A stretch of 64,000 nucleotides of DNA from Nannocystis bainbridge (lineage in GTDB: Bacteria > Myxococcota_A > Polyangia > Nannocystales > Nannocystaceae), in contig NZ_JAQNDL010000001.1 of the NCBI RefSeq assembly GCF_028368995.1, positions 1,344,001-1,408,000 on the forward strand, written 5' to 3'. Shown here piece after piece: positions 41,529-51,848 of the stretch. Each line of letters begins with the position of its first letter. Position 1 is the stretch's first letter. The position numbers and the translations under genes were made by a program. Below the pieces are notes generated by a model. It ran no database searches. It worked only from the letters and a program-made list of their open reading frames with translations, and was not told the origin of the DNA.

Positions 41529-44500
41529 CTACGCCTCCTCGTCGCCCGCGTACGGCTGCGGCGCCAGGCCCAGGTCGGCCAGCACCGCGTACGCGGCCGG
41601 GATCACGATCAGCACCAGCACCGTCGACGCCGCCAGGCCGAACACGATCGACGCCGCCACCGGGATCAGCGACTGCGCGTGGCGGCTGGTCTCGAACATG
41701 ATCGGGAACAGCCCGGCGATCGTCGTCGCCGAGGTCAGCAGCACCGCGCGGAAGCGGTCGCGGCTGGCCTGCCCGGCCGCGGAGGTCGGCGAGTCGCCGC
41801 GGACCCGGGCCATGTTGATGAACTCCATCAGCAGGATCGAGTCGTTGACCACCACCCCGCAGATGGCGATGAGGCCGAAGATGCTCTGCGACGACAGCGG
41901 CATGCCCATCAGCAGGTGGCCCCAGATCACCCCGACGAACGCGAACGGGATCGCCAGCATGACGATGAGCGGCGCCACGAAGCTGCGGAACTGCAGGCTC
42001 AGCAGGGCGAACACCGCGAACAGCCCGATCATCATCCGCGTCAGCATCGAGCTCAGCGCCTCCGCCGACTGCTTGGCCGCCCCTCCGGCGGCCAGTCGGA
42101 CCTCCGGGAACTCGCGCTCGATCTCCGGCGCCGCCTCGGCCATGAAGCGGCTCATCAGCTCCGACGCGTTGGCCTCCTCCGCCGACACCCCGCCCGTCAC
42201 CGTCACGGTGCGCACGCTGTCGCGGCGGTTCAGGCGGGCGAAGCTGCTCGACAGCTCGATCGTCGCCAGCGACCCGAGCGGCATGTTGATCCCCGGCGCC
42301 ACCGTGATCGGCATCAGCTCGAGGTCGGCCATCGTGTCGCGGCCGCGCTGCTCGAGCTCGACGTACAGCTCGTAGTCCTCGCCGTGGGTGTGGAACGTCT
42401 GCACCGACACGCCCGTCAGCGCCGAGCGGACCTGCTGCGCCACCGCGCTGCCGGTCAGCCCGTGCGAGCCTGCCCCCGGGCGCAGGCGCACGCGCACCTG
42501 CTCGCTGCCCGGATCGAGGTTGTCGCCGACGTCGAACACCCCCGGGTTCTGCATGAACCACGCCTGGATCCGCTGCGACACCTCCTTCGCGCGCTCGAGG
42601 TCCTCGCTCTGGATCTCGACCTCGATCGCGTTGCCGGCCGGGCCGCCCCTGGTGCCCTCGGCGAACTTCGTCACCGCCGCGCTCGGCAGCGGCCCCGTCG
42701 CCTCGCGCCACGCCCGCGAGAACTTCTCGAGCGTGGTCGAGCGCTTCTCGATCCCGAGCAGGTCGACCGACACCGTCGCCAGGTGCGGCCCTGACTCGTC
42801 GGTCACGTCGGCGTTGTAGTTGAAGCGGGCCGACACGTTGCGGACCAGCGGCTGCTGCTCCGGCTGCTCCGGCGTCAGCGTGTCGTTCACCCGCCAGGCC
42901 GCGGCCACCACCCGATCGACCTCCTGCTGCGTGCGCTCCAGCGGCGCCCCTGGCGGCAGCGCCAGCCGGAATTCGGCCACGTCGCCCTCGGCCGCCGGGA
43001 ACGCCACGTAGCGCAGGCGCCCGCTCGACAGCATCCCGATCGAGCCGATCAGCAGCGCCACCATCAGCCCGAGCGTCGCCCAGCGGTGGCGCACCGCGAA
43101 ATCGACCGCCCCGCCGAGCCGGCGCTCGCGGAAGCGGGCGAACCCCGCGTCGAACCACACCCGCGCCTTGCTCTTCTGGTTGGGGTCGACGTCGCGGAAC
43201 GTGTGCGCCAGGTGGTTCGGCAGGATCAGGAACGCCTCGACCAGGCTGACCGCCAGCACCGCCACCAGCACGATCGGGATCACCTGCAGCACCCGGCCGA
43301 TCCGGCCCTCGATGCCCATCAGCGGCAGGAACACCGCCACCGTCGTCAGGAACGACGAGACGATCCCCGACGCGACCTCCTTGACCGAGTCGACCGCCGC
43401 GCGCATCGCCGACTCCCCGCGCTCGCGGTGGGCCGCGAAGTTCTCGGCCAGCACGATCGCGTCGTCCATCACCAGGCCGAGCGCGACCAGCATCCCCATC
43501 ATCGTCATCATGTTGATGGTCTGACCGAGCTGGCCGAGCACCCACAGCGACCCGAGCACCGACACCGGCAGGCCGACCGCGACCCAGAACGCCAGGCGCA
43601 CGTGGAAGAACAGCCACAGCGTCCCGAACACCAGCAGCAGCCCCTGCCACGCGTTCGTGAACAGCAGCCCGATCTGGTCCGACACCGCCGACGCCACGTT
43701 CTGCGTCAGCGTCAGCGTCACCCCGGTCGGCTTGCGCAGCTCCTGCTCGGCGATGAACCCCTCGATCGAGCCGAGCACGTCGAGGCTGTCCTGCCACGCC
43801 GTCTTCGTGACCCCGAGCGTGCACGCGCGCTCGCCGTTGAACTGCGTCTGCTCCTCCTCGATCGCGAACGTGTCTTCGATCCTCGCCACGTCCGCCAGCC
43901 GGATCTCCGCCCCCCCGGCCGCGCCCTTGACCACCAGCTCGGCGAGCGCCGACACCTCCGTGCGCTTGTCCGAGTAGCGGACCAGGATGTCGCCGCCGGC
44001 GCGCTCGATCGTCCCGATCGGGCTGTCCACGCTCTGGGCCTGGACCGCCGCCGCCACGTCCGCGACCGACAGCCCGTGGCGGGCCAGCGCCGACTGCTTG
44101 AGCTGGATCAGGATCTGGTGGGTCGAGAACCCCGCGATCGAGACCTGCGCCACGTGCTCGTCGCGCAGCAGCTCGCGCCGCAATTGCTCGCAGTAGAGCT
44201 TCAGGTCCTGGGCCGACATCGGCCCCGTGACCGCGATCGAGGCCACCGGCGCGCGGCGGGTCGCCGCCGCCACGATCGGCGGGTCGAGGTCCGGCGGCAG
44301 GTCGCGCAGCCCGTCGACCGCCGACTTGACGTCGGCCAGCACGTCGGCGAGCGGCACCTTGTCCTCGACGTCGATCGTGATCGACGCCGAGCCCTCGCGG
44401 GCCTGCGACGTCATCACCGCCACCCCGTCGAGCCCCGCGATCGCCTCCTCGATGCTCTGGACCAGCGTCTCGTCGACGATCTCCGCGTCGGCCCCGGGAT

Positions 44501-44645
44501 AGGCCGCGCTGATGCGGATCTGCGACGGCTCGAACTCCGGGTACGACTCGCGCCGGAGCCCCGGCAGCGCGACCATGCCGAGGATCACGCACACCAGCAT
44601 CAACAAGTTTGCGGCCGTCGGGTGCCGCGCGAAGTAGACGATCAC
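41529..44645 (-). CDS. RND efflux permease (AcrB/AcrD/AcrF family)
   Basis: YPGADAE, GLVMDDAIVLAE, GVVVNDSILL, RFRAVLLTS. Confidence 0.95.
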   Translation of the reverse strand: MIVYFARHPTAANLLMLVCVILGMVALPGLRRESYPEFEPSQIRISAAYPGADAEIVDETLVQSIEEAIAGLDGVAVMTSQAREGSASITIDVEDKVPLADVLADVKSAVDGLRDLPPDLDPPIVAAATRRAPVASIAVTGPMSAQDLKLYCEQLRRELLRDEHVAQVSIAGFSTHQILIQLKQSALARHGLSVADVAAAVQAQSVDSPIGTIERAGGDILVRYSDKRTEVSALAELVVKGAAGGAEIRLADVARIEDTFAIEEEQTQFNGERACTLGVTKTAWQDSLDVLGSIEGFIAEQELRKPTGVTLTLTQNVASAVSDQIGLLFTNAWQGLLLVFGTLWLFFHVRLAFWVAVGLPVSVLGSLWVLGQLGQTINMMTMMGMLVALGLVMDDAIVLAENFAAHRERGESAMRAAVDSVKEVASGIVSSFLTTVAVFLPLMGIEGRIGRVLQVIPIVLVAVLAVSLVEAFLILPNHLAHTFRDVDPNQKSKARVWFDAGFARFRERRLGGAVDFAVRHRWATLGLMVALLIGSIGMLSSGRLRYVAFPAAEGDVAEFRLALPPGAPLERTQQEVDRVVAAAWRVNDTLTPEQPEQQPLVRNVSARFNYNADVTDESGPHLATVSVDLLGIEKRSTTLEKFSRAWREATGPLPSAAVTKFAEGTRGGPAGNAIEVEIQSEDLERAKEVSQRIQAWFMQNPGVFDVGDNLDPGSEQVRVRLRPGAGSHGLTGSAVAQQVRSALTGVSVQTFHTHGEDYELYVELEQRGRDTMADLELMPITVAPGINMPLGSLATIELSSSFARLNRRDSVRTVTVTGGVSAEEANASELMSRFMAEAAPEIEREFPEVRLAAGGAAKQSAEALSSMLTRMMIGLFAVFALLSLQFRSFVAPLIVMLAIPFAFVGVIWGHLLMGMPLSSQSIFGLIAICGVVVNDSILLMEFINMARVRGDSPTSAAGQASRDRFRAVLLTSATTIAGLFPIMFETSRHAQSLIPVAASIVFGLAASTVLVLIVIPAAYAVLADLGLAPQPYAGDEEA

Positions 44646-46009
44646 GACGCCTCCCCGCGGGCCGCCCGCTGCAGCGCGGCCGTCCCCTCGTCATCGGCGC
44701 GCGGCGCCAGCAGCATCCCCGCCAGCGCCGGCACCAGGTCGGTCAGCACGATCTTGTCGCCGGCCTGCACCTCGCCGGTCACGCACACGTACTCCTCCTG
44801 CACCAGCGCCGCCTCGACCTTGCGCAGCTCGAGCTTGTCCTCCGCCCCGACCACGTACAGCGTCCCGTCGTGGTAGGCCGCGCGCGGCACCGCCAGGCAG
44901 TCGGGGCGCGGCGGCCCGCGCAGCTCGACCTCGACGTACAGCCCGCGGTTCAGCCGCGGCCCCTGCGGCGGTCCGCCGGCCTCGCGGTTGTCGTCGACCT
45001 GGACCACCGCGATCATCATCCGCGTGTTCGGATCGATGCCGCCGAACCTGCGGAACCGCCCCTTCCACGAGCGCTGCACGCCCTGGCCCTCGAGCCGCAC
45101 GATCGCCTCGATCGACTCCAGCCGCGACGGCCCACCCGGCGCCTGCTTCGTCTCCTCCGGCCGCCGCGGCGGCATCAGCGAGCCCAGGCTGCCGACCGGC
45201 ACCTGCGCCGGGATCTCGAACACGTCGATGCCGTCGCCGACGATCAGCGCCTGCCCGCCCGTCACCGCCTGCTCGAGCGCCGCGTTGACCTCGCGCAGCC
45301 GCATCGTGAACGGCGCCACGATCTCCGTCTTCGCCAGCTCGAGCTTGGTCGTCGCCACCCCCGCCTGCTGCTGCTCGAGCTGCGCCTCGAGCACGCGGCG
45401 GGTCGCCGGCAGCTCCCCGAGCGTGTTGCGGAACGTCTGCACCGTCTTCTCGGCGACGATGACCGCCTTCTCCGCCACCTCGACGTCGGTCAGCGGCGCC
45501 GCGCCCTGGTCGTAGAGCGAGCGCACCCGCGCCAGCTCGCCGCGGGCCAGCTCGAGCGAGCGCTCGTCGATCTTGAGGTTCGACGCCGCGCTGGCCTCGC
45601 GCGCCTTGATCTCCGCGATCTGGGCCCGCACCGCCTTCACCACCGCCTCCGAACGGCCTTGCTCGATCGCGTAGCTGCCCGGATCGATCTTCAGCAGCAC
45701 CGTGCCCTCTTGCACGATGCGCCCCGGCTCGAGCCGGTCCGCCACCTCCACCACCGTGCCCGACACCTGCGAGAGCGCCTGCCACTCGCGCTGGGCCTCG
45801 ACCGCGCCGTAGCCGACCACCCGCGGCACCACCTCGAGCGGCGCCAGCTCGAGCACGCGGACCGGACGGCCCTGCACCGCGGCGCTGCGCTGGCGCGGCG
45901 CCTCGCGGGAGGCTTGCAGCCAGGCGTACACGCCGACCCCGACCAGGACGAAGGCGACGAACGTGGCGACGCTGCGGAACAGGGGCTTGTCGTGCGTGGG
46001 AGTCGACAT
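44642..46009 (-). CDS. RND periplasmic adaptor (MFP)
   Basis: N-terminal TM, SQVSGTV, IVAPF, AVPRAA; 4-bp overlap with permease. Confidence 0.9.
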   Translation of the reverse strand: MSTPTHDKPLFRSVATFVAFVLVGVGVYAWLQASREAPRQRSAAVQGRPVRVLELAPLEVVPRVVGYGAVEAQREWQALSQVSGTVVEVADRLEPGRIVQEGTVLLKIDPGSYAIEQGRSEAVVKAVRAQIAEIKAREASAASNLKIDERSLELARGELARVRSLYDQGAAPLTDVEVAEKAVIVAEKTVQTFRNTLGELPATRRVLEAQLEQQQAGVATTKLELAKTEIVAPFTMRLREVNAALEQAVTGGQALIVGDGIDVFEIPAQVPVGSLGSLMPPRRPEETKQAPGGPSRLESIEAIVRLEGQGVQRSWKGRFRRFGGIDPNTRMMIAVVQVDDNREAGGPPQGPRLNRGLYVEVELRGPPRPDCLAVPRAAYHDGTLYVVGAEDKLELRKVEAALVQEEYVCVTGEVQAGDKIVLTDLVPALAGMLLAPRADDEGTAALQRAARGEAS

Positions 46010-46334
46010 GCGTCGACGCCGACTCTACACCGCCGCCGTCACCCGCAGTCGCGGCCGCGCCGGCGCTGGCGCCGCGATTACGTTCCCGTTACAACATGTC
46101 CGAAGAATCATGTAGTGACATGCACCGAGGAGGGCGAGGAGAATCCCTCACACCGAAGCGAGTCCCGGGCGAGAACTCTCCCCGACGCTCGACCCGCACG
46201 CCAGATTCTCCGCGCCGCGCGCCACCGCCCGCCCGAGATCGGCCCTCCTGCTGCCGCAGACCGCCGCCTCGGGCTCACCACCCGCGCCGTGCCCCGCTGC
46301 CGCGTTCACCGCCCGGCGATCGACCCAAACTATT

Positions 46335-46400
46335 GTACATGTCCTCATGGACATGTTCTCGTGAGCATGTCCTCGTGAACATGCCCCATAGTACATACTC
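46335..46400. repeat. 14-bp-period array, 5 units (plus a pair at 46095/46109)
   Basis: CATG 46338/46352/46366/46380, CATA 46394. Confidence 0.9.
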
Positions 46401-46406
46401 CGCCGG

Positions 46407-47354
46407 CTAGCGCTCGAAGCGGTGCCCGCAGTTCGCCGGCTTCATCCCGTTCTGCGGCGACCCGAGCCACAGGTCCTCGAGCACCAGCTGCTGCCCCTCG
46501 AGCTTGAACGTGCCCGCTCCGTCGACGTCGGCCGGCACGTAGTTGCCACCGGACGGCACGATCTCGAGCTCGCCCGTCGGCAGGTCGTACGTATAATCGG
46601 ACCAGTAGTCGAAGTAGATCTCGAACGGCAGCCACGTCACCCGTACCTCGCCGCTGGCGCGGAACCACAGCTCCTGGATCGCCACCTCCGGCGCCACCTC
46701 GACCCCGCCGCCGCACGGCAGCTGCGCGACCTCATGCCAAAGGCCGACGAATGGATTCGACTCCGGCGTGTACACGAACACGTCGGTCGTCAGCACCTTC
46801 GCCCCGTCCTCGACGTCGGCCGTGACCGTGAACGTCGCGCCCGGCGCCACGTCGGGCGCGATCGTCAGCTGCCCCGCGGCGTCGATCGAGGCGCCCTCGA
46901 CGGGGCTGATCGAGTAGGCCACACACGCCTCGACCGGCTGCTTGATATAACAACACTCGATCGCGCCGACCGACAGATCCAGCACATCGCCGGGCTTGCC
47001 CTCGTACGCCTGCCCGAACACGTTGAAGCCGAGCGTCATGAGCACCTCCGCGGCCAGCGGCGGCAGCTCGCACACCCCGTCGGTCGTCGCCTCCGTGCTC
47101 GCCTCCGTCGTCGCCGAGGTCACCTCATCCGTCGTCGGGCCCGTCGTCGTCGAGTTCGACGTCGTCGTCGTCGAAGTCGTCGAAGTCGTCGAAGTCGTCG
47201 GCGACGTCGAGCCCGCCGTCGTCGTGCCCTCGTCCGTCGCGGAGCTCGTCGTCGCGGACGTGCTGGCGGTCTCGGTCGCCCCGGTGTCGTCCCCGGAGCC
47301 TTGCGGACACCCGCCCACGACCAGCGCCGACATGAGGATCGCAGCTCGATGCAT
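46407..47354 (-). CDS. Lipoprotein with Thr/Ser stalk and Ig-like/beta domains
   Basis: Lipobox VVGGC; TTSTTS tract (9-bp GTCGTCGAA repeats near 47167-47198). Confidence 0.75.
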   Translation of the reverse strand: MHRAAILMSALVVGGCPQGSGDDTGATETASTSATTSSATDEGTTTAGSTSPTTSTTSTTSTTTTSNSTTTGPTTDEVTSATTEASTEATTDGVCELPPLAAEVLMTLGFNVFGQAYEGKPGDVLDLSVGAIECCYIKQPVEACVAYSISPVEGASIDAAGQLTIAPDVAPGATFTVTADVEDGAKVLTTDVFVYTPESNPFVGLWHEVAQLPCGGGVEVAPEVAIQELWFRASGEVRVTWLPFEIYFDYWSDYTYDLPTGELEIVPSGGNYVPADVDGAGTFKLEGQQLVLEDLWLGSPQNGMKPANCGHRFER

Positions 47355-47485
47355 GCCGCGACCCATACCACGCGAGCCCCGCGGTGTCGCGCGCACGATC
47401 GCCTATACCAGTGTGCATGGCCCCATGAGCCTCGTTTTGGCGCGATCGCACGATCCAGGTCAAACTCTCGCCCGGAGGAGTTCGC

Positions 47486-47899
47486 ATGCGTCGATCCCAA
47501 CCCACTGTCGGCCAGTACATGACCCGCGAGCCGCACGTCATCGACGGCGGCCTCAACCTCGTCGACACCTACACCCGGATGTTCCAGTTGCAGGTCCGGC
47601 ACCTGCCGGTCTACACCCAGGGTCACCTCGTCGGCATCGTCTCCGATCGCGACCTCGGCCACATCATGGCCACCCAGGGCCTCGACCCGCAGCACACCAC
47701 CGTCGAGGCGGTGTGCACCCCCGACCCCTACGTCTGCGACCCTGACGATCCGCTGGCGCACGTGGTCGCCGAGATGTCCCAGCGCAAGATCGGCGCCGCC
47801 CTCGTCATGCGCGGCGGTCAGCTCCACGGCATCTTCACCGTCGTCGACGCCCTCGAGGTCCTGTTGGTCCTGCTCAACGAGGAGCCGGCCGCCGCCTGA
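47486..47899 (+). CDS. CBS domain protein
   Basis: GGAGGA RBS; VRHLPV..LVGIVSDRD, IGAALV..GIFTVVD. Confidence 0.92.
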   Translation: MRRSQPTVGQYMTREPHVIDGGLNLVDTYTRMFQLQVRHLPVYTQGHLVGIVSDRDLGHIMATQGLDPQHTTVEAVCTPDPYVCDPDDPLAHVVAEMSQRKIGAALVMRGGQLHGIFTVVDALEVLLVLLNEEPAAA

Positions 47900-48245
47900 T
47901 CGCGCCTGTCCCCACGGACATTCTTGTCATTGCAAGCGAGGCGCGCGTCGTTTCGCGCGCCTCGGTCTCGCGGCCCGCGGGGTCGCGCTGCGCCCACCTT
48001 TCGTCATTGTTGGGATCTCGTCCCGGCAGCAATCACGCGCCAGGCCTCGTCCACGCGCGCGAGCTCGCGGCCGTGGAGGCCGTAGCCCCCCACCGGTCGA
48101 GCTCGGCGAGCCGCCCGCGGGACCGGACACGACCGCATGATCATGGCCCGGACGCGATCGCGCGAGCGATCGCGATTCGCCGTGATGGCGCCGTTTTTCC
48201 CCGGCCCTGTTGACTCTGCAAGCGAATGCGGTTGCCATGCGGGAC

Positions 48246-49460
48246 ATGCACAAGGTCAAGCTCCAGCTCGGCAGCGCCTCCGTACAGCTCGACGCCGGCA
48301 ACCCGCGCGTCCTCCTCGGCCGCGACCCGACCTGCGGCCTCCCCACCAGCGAGGTCAGCGTCTCGCGGCGCCACGCCGAGGTCGCGTTCGTCGGCGACCG
48401 GCTCGTCATCCGCGACATGGGTTCGTCGAACGGCACGTGGATCAACGGCGAGCCGGTGGGCGCCGACTCGCAGCCGCTGCAGCCGGGCCAGCAGGTGTTC
48501 CTCGGCCACATCCCGCTGCTCGTCGAGTGGATCGGCGGCGGTCAGGGCGGGGCCACGGTGCTCGGCGAGATGCCGGAGGAGCTCAAGGCGCTGATCGAGT
48601 CGCGCAAGCTGGCCAAGATGGCGCCGACCAGCCCGGTCGCGGCCACCGCCGCGGCCTTCCAGGACCCGCCGTCGCAGGGCGGGCCGATGAAGACGATGCT
48701 GGGGATCGGCGGGACCCTGGCGCCCAAGGCCGCCGACTACGCTTACCGGCGTCAGGGCTCCAACAACAACGGCGTGCTGCTGATCGCGCTGCGCGGCGAC
48801 ACCTTCACCAACGCCGCCCTCATCGACGGCTACCTCGAGTTCACCGCGCTCGACAACGAGACCGTCGCCTCGATCTTCGTCGAGCTGGTCGAGCACCACA
48901 AGCGCGGGCCCAAGAACGGCCACGTGTGGGACCGCGTGCTGGTGCGCCAGGGCCCGTGGCGGACCGCCAAGAACGAGGTCCTGCCGCTGACCTTCCAGCT
49001 GCGCGTGCCGCCGGGCACCTCGCCCTCGGGCCGCGACGTCCACTGGGAGGTCCGCGGTTACGTCGACATCGAGTGGGCCTACGACATCGCCGCTGCCAGC
49101 CCGATCACCGTCCGCAACCTCGACATCGAGAAGATCCGCGACGCCCTCGGCACCCTCGACTACCGCCTCGCCGAGCTCGACCCCGAGCCGCTCGGCCAGC
49201 GCTTCACCGGCAAGTTCCAGCCGCCGGTGCAGGCCCGCAAGGACTTCGGCATCACCGACATCAACCTCGCCGTCGAGTACCTCGGCGCCAACCTCCAGCT
49301 GTCCATGGAGGTCGAGAAGACCAGCCTCTTCAAGTTCGACAAGCAGACCAAGCTGGTGTTCGAGCTGGCGCAGTTCCGGGTCTCGACCACCCAGCAGCTG
49401 TCGCAGTTCCTGAGCGCCAAGATCGACGAGCTCATGGGCCGCGCCGAGGCGCAGTCTTGA
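48246..49460 (+). CDS. FHA domain fused to Spo0M (arrestin-like) domain
   Basis: LGRDP..VSRRHA..DMGSSNGTWING (FHA); C-terminal FQLRVPPGT, VDIEWAYD, EFQ-like KFQP, EVEK resembling Spo0M; start 48237 or 48246. Confidence 0.75.
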   Translation: MHKVKLQLGSASVQLDAGNPRVLLGRDPTCGLPTSEVSVSRRHAEVAFVGDRLVIRDMGSSNGTWINGEPVGADSQPLQPGQQVFLGHIPLLVEWIGGGQGGATVLGEMPEELKALIESRKLAKMAPTSPVAATAAAFQDPPSQGGPMKTMLGIGGTLAPKAADYAYRRQGSNNNGVLLIALRGDTFTNAALIDGYLEFTALDNETVASIFVELVEHHKRGPKNGHVWDRVLVRQGPWRTAKNEVLPLTFQLRVPPGTSPSGRDVHWEVRGYVDIEWAYDIAAASPITVRNLDIEKIRDALGTLDYRLAELDPEPLGQRFTGKFQPPVQARKDFGITDINLAVEYLGANLQLSMEVEKTSLFKFDKQTKLVFELAQFRVSTTQQLSQFLSAKIDELMGRAEAQS

Positions 49461-49468
49461 AGCACGAA

Positions 49469-49493
49469 GGCCCCCGCGAGCGACGCGGGGGCC
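49469..49493. terminator. GC-rich hairpin between convergent genes
   Basis: GGCCCCCGCG-AGCGA-CGCGGGGGCC. Confidence 0.6.
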
Positions 49494-49562
49494 GGGCCTG
49501 AAACGCGTCGGCCCCCCGCGTGCGTACGCGCGGAGGGCCGAGGCAGCGGGACCGGGTCTCGC

Positions 49563-50102
49563 TCAGGAGCAGGTCGAGAGGACGGCGATCTCGGCGCCCA
49601 TCTCCTCGCCGCAGTACCAGTTGTTGCCGTCCTCGTCGCAGCAACCCTGGCCGGTGAGGCCGGTGGTGGCGCACGCATCGCCCTCGACCAGGCCGGTCGG
49701 GCAAGCGATCGGGTTGGTGCCGTCCGGGTCCTCGCCCTCGAAGCCGCAGCTGTAGTAGTTGTCGCGCGGGCTCCAGCCGCACAGCGCACCACCGGTGTCG
49801 GTCGTGGTCGTGGTGGTCGTGGTGGTCGTCGTCGTCGCGTCGGTCGTCGTCGGCGCGGTGGTCGTCGGCGTCGTCTCGGTGCCGTCGGTCCCGTCGGAGT
49901 CCGTCGCGGTGCCGTCGGTCGAGTCGGTGCCCGCGGTCGTCTCGGTCGTCTCGGTCGTTTCGGTGCCGGCCGTGCCGTCGGTGGCGTCGGTCGTCGTGCC
50001 GAGGCTGGTAAAGTTCGTGTCGGTGCCGCCGGTGCTGATCACGCAGCCGGACATCGAACCGGCGACCAGCGCCGCGCCCAAGGTCATCTTGAATGAGTGC
50101 AT
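49563..50102 (-). CDS. Small lipoprotein: Thr-rich stalk plus Cys-rich C-terminal domain
   Basis: Lipobox MSGC; poly-Thr; CGW..YYSCG..C..C..GCCD..WYC..C. Confidence 0.75.
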   Translation of the reverse strand: MHSFKMTLGAALVAGSMSGCVISTGGTDTNFTSLGTTTDATDGTAGTETTETTETTAGTDSTDGTATDSDGTDGTETTPTTTAPTTTDATTTTTTTTTTTTDTGGALCGWSPRDNYYSCGFEGEDPDGTNPIACPTGLVEGDACATTGLTGQGCCDEDGNNWYCGEEMGAEIAVLSTCS

Positions 50103-50184
50103 GGGCGGGACATAGCGGACCGGCGCGAACATCGTCAAGGTACCCGCCGAACCGGGGGCGCTCGCGTCCGCCCGCGGCGCTCGA

Positions 50185-51177
50185 TCAGCCTGTCCCTTCG
50201 GACAGCACAGTCCCCTCGACATCGCGCGTGACGTCGAGCCCGTCCCACACGATCGCGTCGCGCAGGCGCACACCGGGCGCGATCACGGCCCTGTCACCGA
50301 TCTGCACTCGTGGGCCCACGTGCGCCCCCGCGCCGATCACCGCGCCCTCGCCGATCCACGCCGCCGGATCGACGTGCGCCCCCGCACCGATCGTCGCGCT
50401 CGCGGCCACGCCCCGCAGGTGCCGCTCCGCGAACGGCAGGCGCACCCGGCCCTCGAGCACGTTGGCCACGCCTTGCAGGTAGCGCTGCACCGTCGAGTGC
50501 TCCCACCAATAATCGCGGGTCACCACGCCGGCGAGGCCTGTGCCGCTGTGGAACAGCTCGGTATACGCCGTGCGGATCACGCACTGCGGCCCTTGCGGAG
50601 GGATGCGGTCCAAGAACCGCGGCTCGAGGACATGAACCCCCGTGAACATCAGCGGCTCGGCCGCCTCGGCGCCGGGCCTGTGCGCCCCGAGCAAACCCAC
50701 GACCTGCCCGGCCGCGTCGACGCGCAGACTGCCCCAGCGCTCGGCCTCGGGGTCGGGGCGCAGCACCATCGTCGCCTCGGCCCCGGCCGCGCGGTGCGTC
50801 GCCAGCACGCGCGCCAGCTCGAGCTCGAGCAAGATCTTGCCGTTGACGACCACGATCGGCCTGCCGCTGCCGTCGTCGAGCAGGTGCCTCGCGTGACGCA
50901 GCGCGCCACCTGTCCCGAGGATCTCCCCGTCCTCGCGCGAATAGGCGATCGCCATCCCGAGCTTCGACCCGTCGCCGAGCTCGGCCTCGATCTGCTCGCC
51001 GAGGTGATGCAGGTTGACCACCACCTCGCGCACTCCTTGCGAGCGCAACCACAGCGCCACCCAGCGGACCAGGGGCGTGCCGCACACCGGCAACATCGGC
51101 TTCGGGCGCAAGCCACTGAGATCGCCGAGGCGTGTGCCGAGGCCGGCGGCGAGGATCATCGCGCGCGGAGCGTTCAT
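50185..51177 (-). CDS. NDP-sugar pyrophosphorylase family nucleotidyltransferase with hexapeptide repeats
   Basis: AMILAAGLGTRL..RPKPMLPV, ILGTGG, FTGVHV, IGAGA repeats. Confidence 0.9.
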   Translation of the reverse strand: MNAPRAMILAAGLGTRLGDLSGLRPKPMLPVCGTPLVRWVALWLRSQGVREVVVNLHHLGEQIEAELGDGSKLGMAIAYSREDGEILGTGGALRHARHLLDDGSGRPIVVVNGKILLELELARVLATHRAAGAEATMVLRPDPEAERWGSLRVDAAGQVVGLLGAHRPGAEAAEPLMFTGVHVLEPRFLDRIPPQGPQCVIRTAYTELFHSGTGLAGVVTRDYWWEHSTVQRYLQGVANVLEGRVRLPFAERHLRGVAASATIGAGAHVDPAAWIGEGAVIGAGAHVGPRVQIGDRAVIAPGVRLRDAIVWDGLDVTRDVEGTVLSEGTG

Positions 51178-51419
51178 GACGCCGCACCATAGCAACGCCC
51201 GATCGGGCCCCCAAGGAATCGGCTGGAACTGCGTCCGTCGGCTCGCTGCGCCCCGCGAGGGGCCGCCCGCAACACGCCCGCCGAGCTCGCCGGGCGGCCT
51301 CCTCGCCGCGCCGGTGGTGTCGCCCGGTTCGCCCACGCGGCGCGGCGCGAACGGGGCCTCGCGGCTGCTCGGTCCGCCGCGAGCTTGCGCCGCGCGCCGA
51401 GATCCGCGAGGATGACGAC

Positions 51420-51770
51420 GTGCAAGCGCCGCCTCCCGTAGAGGTCGACGAAGCCGAACTGCTCGCGCGTCTCGGCGGTCGCCGAGACCTCCTGGCGATG
51501 CTGGTCGGCCTCTTTTCTGCCGATCTGCCGCAGATCCACGACGAATTCTGCGCCGCGCTCGCGGCCGGTGACGCCGGCGCGGTGCGACGCATCGCCCACC
51601 GCGTGGTCGGCACCCTCGCCAACCTCTCGGGCGGCCCGCTGCTCGAATACGGCCGCGACATCGAGGAGCTGGCGGTCCCCGAGAACCTGCCGACCCTCGG
51701 CCCGCGGATCGACGCCTTCCGCGCCGCCCTCGACCAGCTCGAGCAGCGCCTGCGCCAGGCGTTCGGCTGA
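51420..51770 (+). CDS. Hpt (histidine phosphotransfer) domain protein
   Basis: LARLGG..LL..L..LF, AHRVVGTLANL. Confidence 0.8.
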   Translation: MQAPPPVEVDEAELLARLGGRRDLLAMLVGLFSADLPQIHDEFCAALAAGDAGAVRRIAHRVVGTLANLSGGPLLEYGRDIEELAVPENLPTLGPRIDAFRAALDQLEQRLRQAFG

Positions 51771-51848
51771 CCCTGTCCGAACGGTCATGTCCCGCTGGAC
51801 ATGCCCGCTCGGCCATGACCCTTCGGTCATGTCTGCCAGAACAGCTTG
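51769..51848. repeat. 14-bp-period array, 6 units, filling the gap between convergent stops
   Basis: CCTG 51772, CATG 51786/51800/51814/51828, CAGC 51842. Confidence 0.9.

Noticed and set aside
46335-46400. Real p53-family response elements or eukaryotic contamination
   Set aside because: Context is clearly bacterial, no p53-like gene is visible, and the fixed 4-bp spacer differs from typical p53 elements. The resemblance is treated as coincidental.
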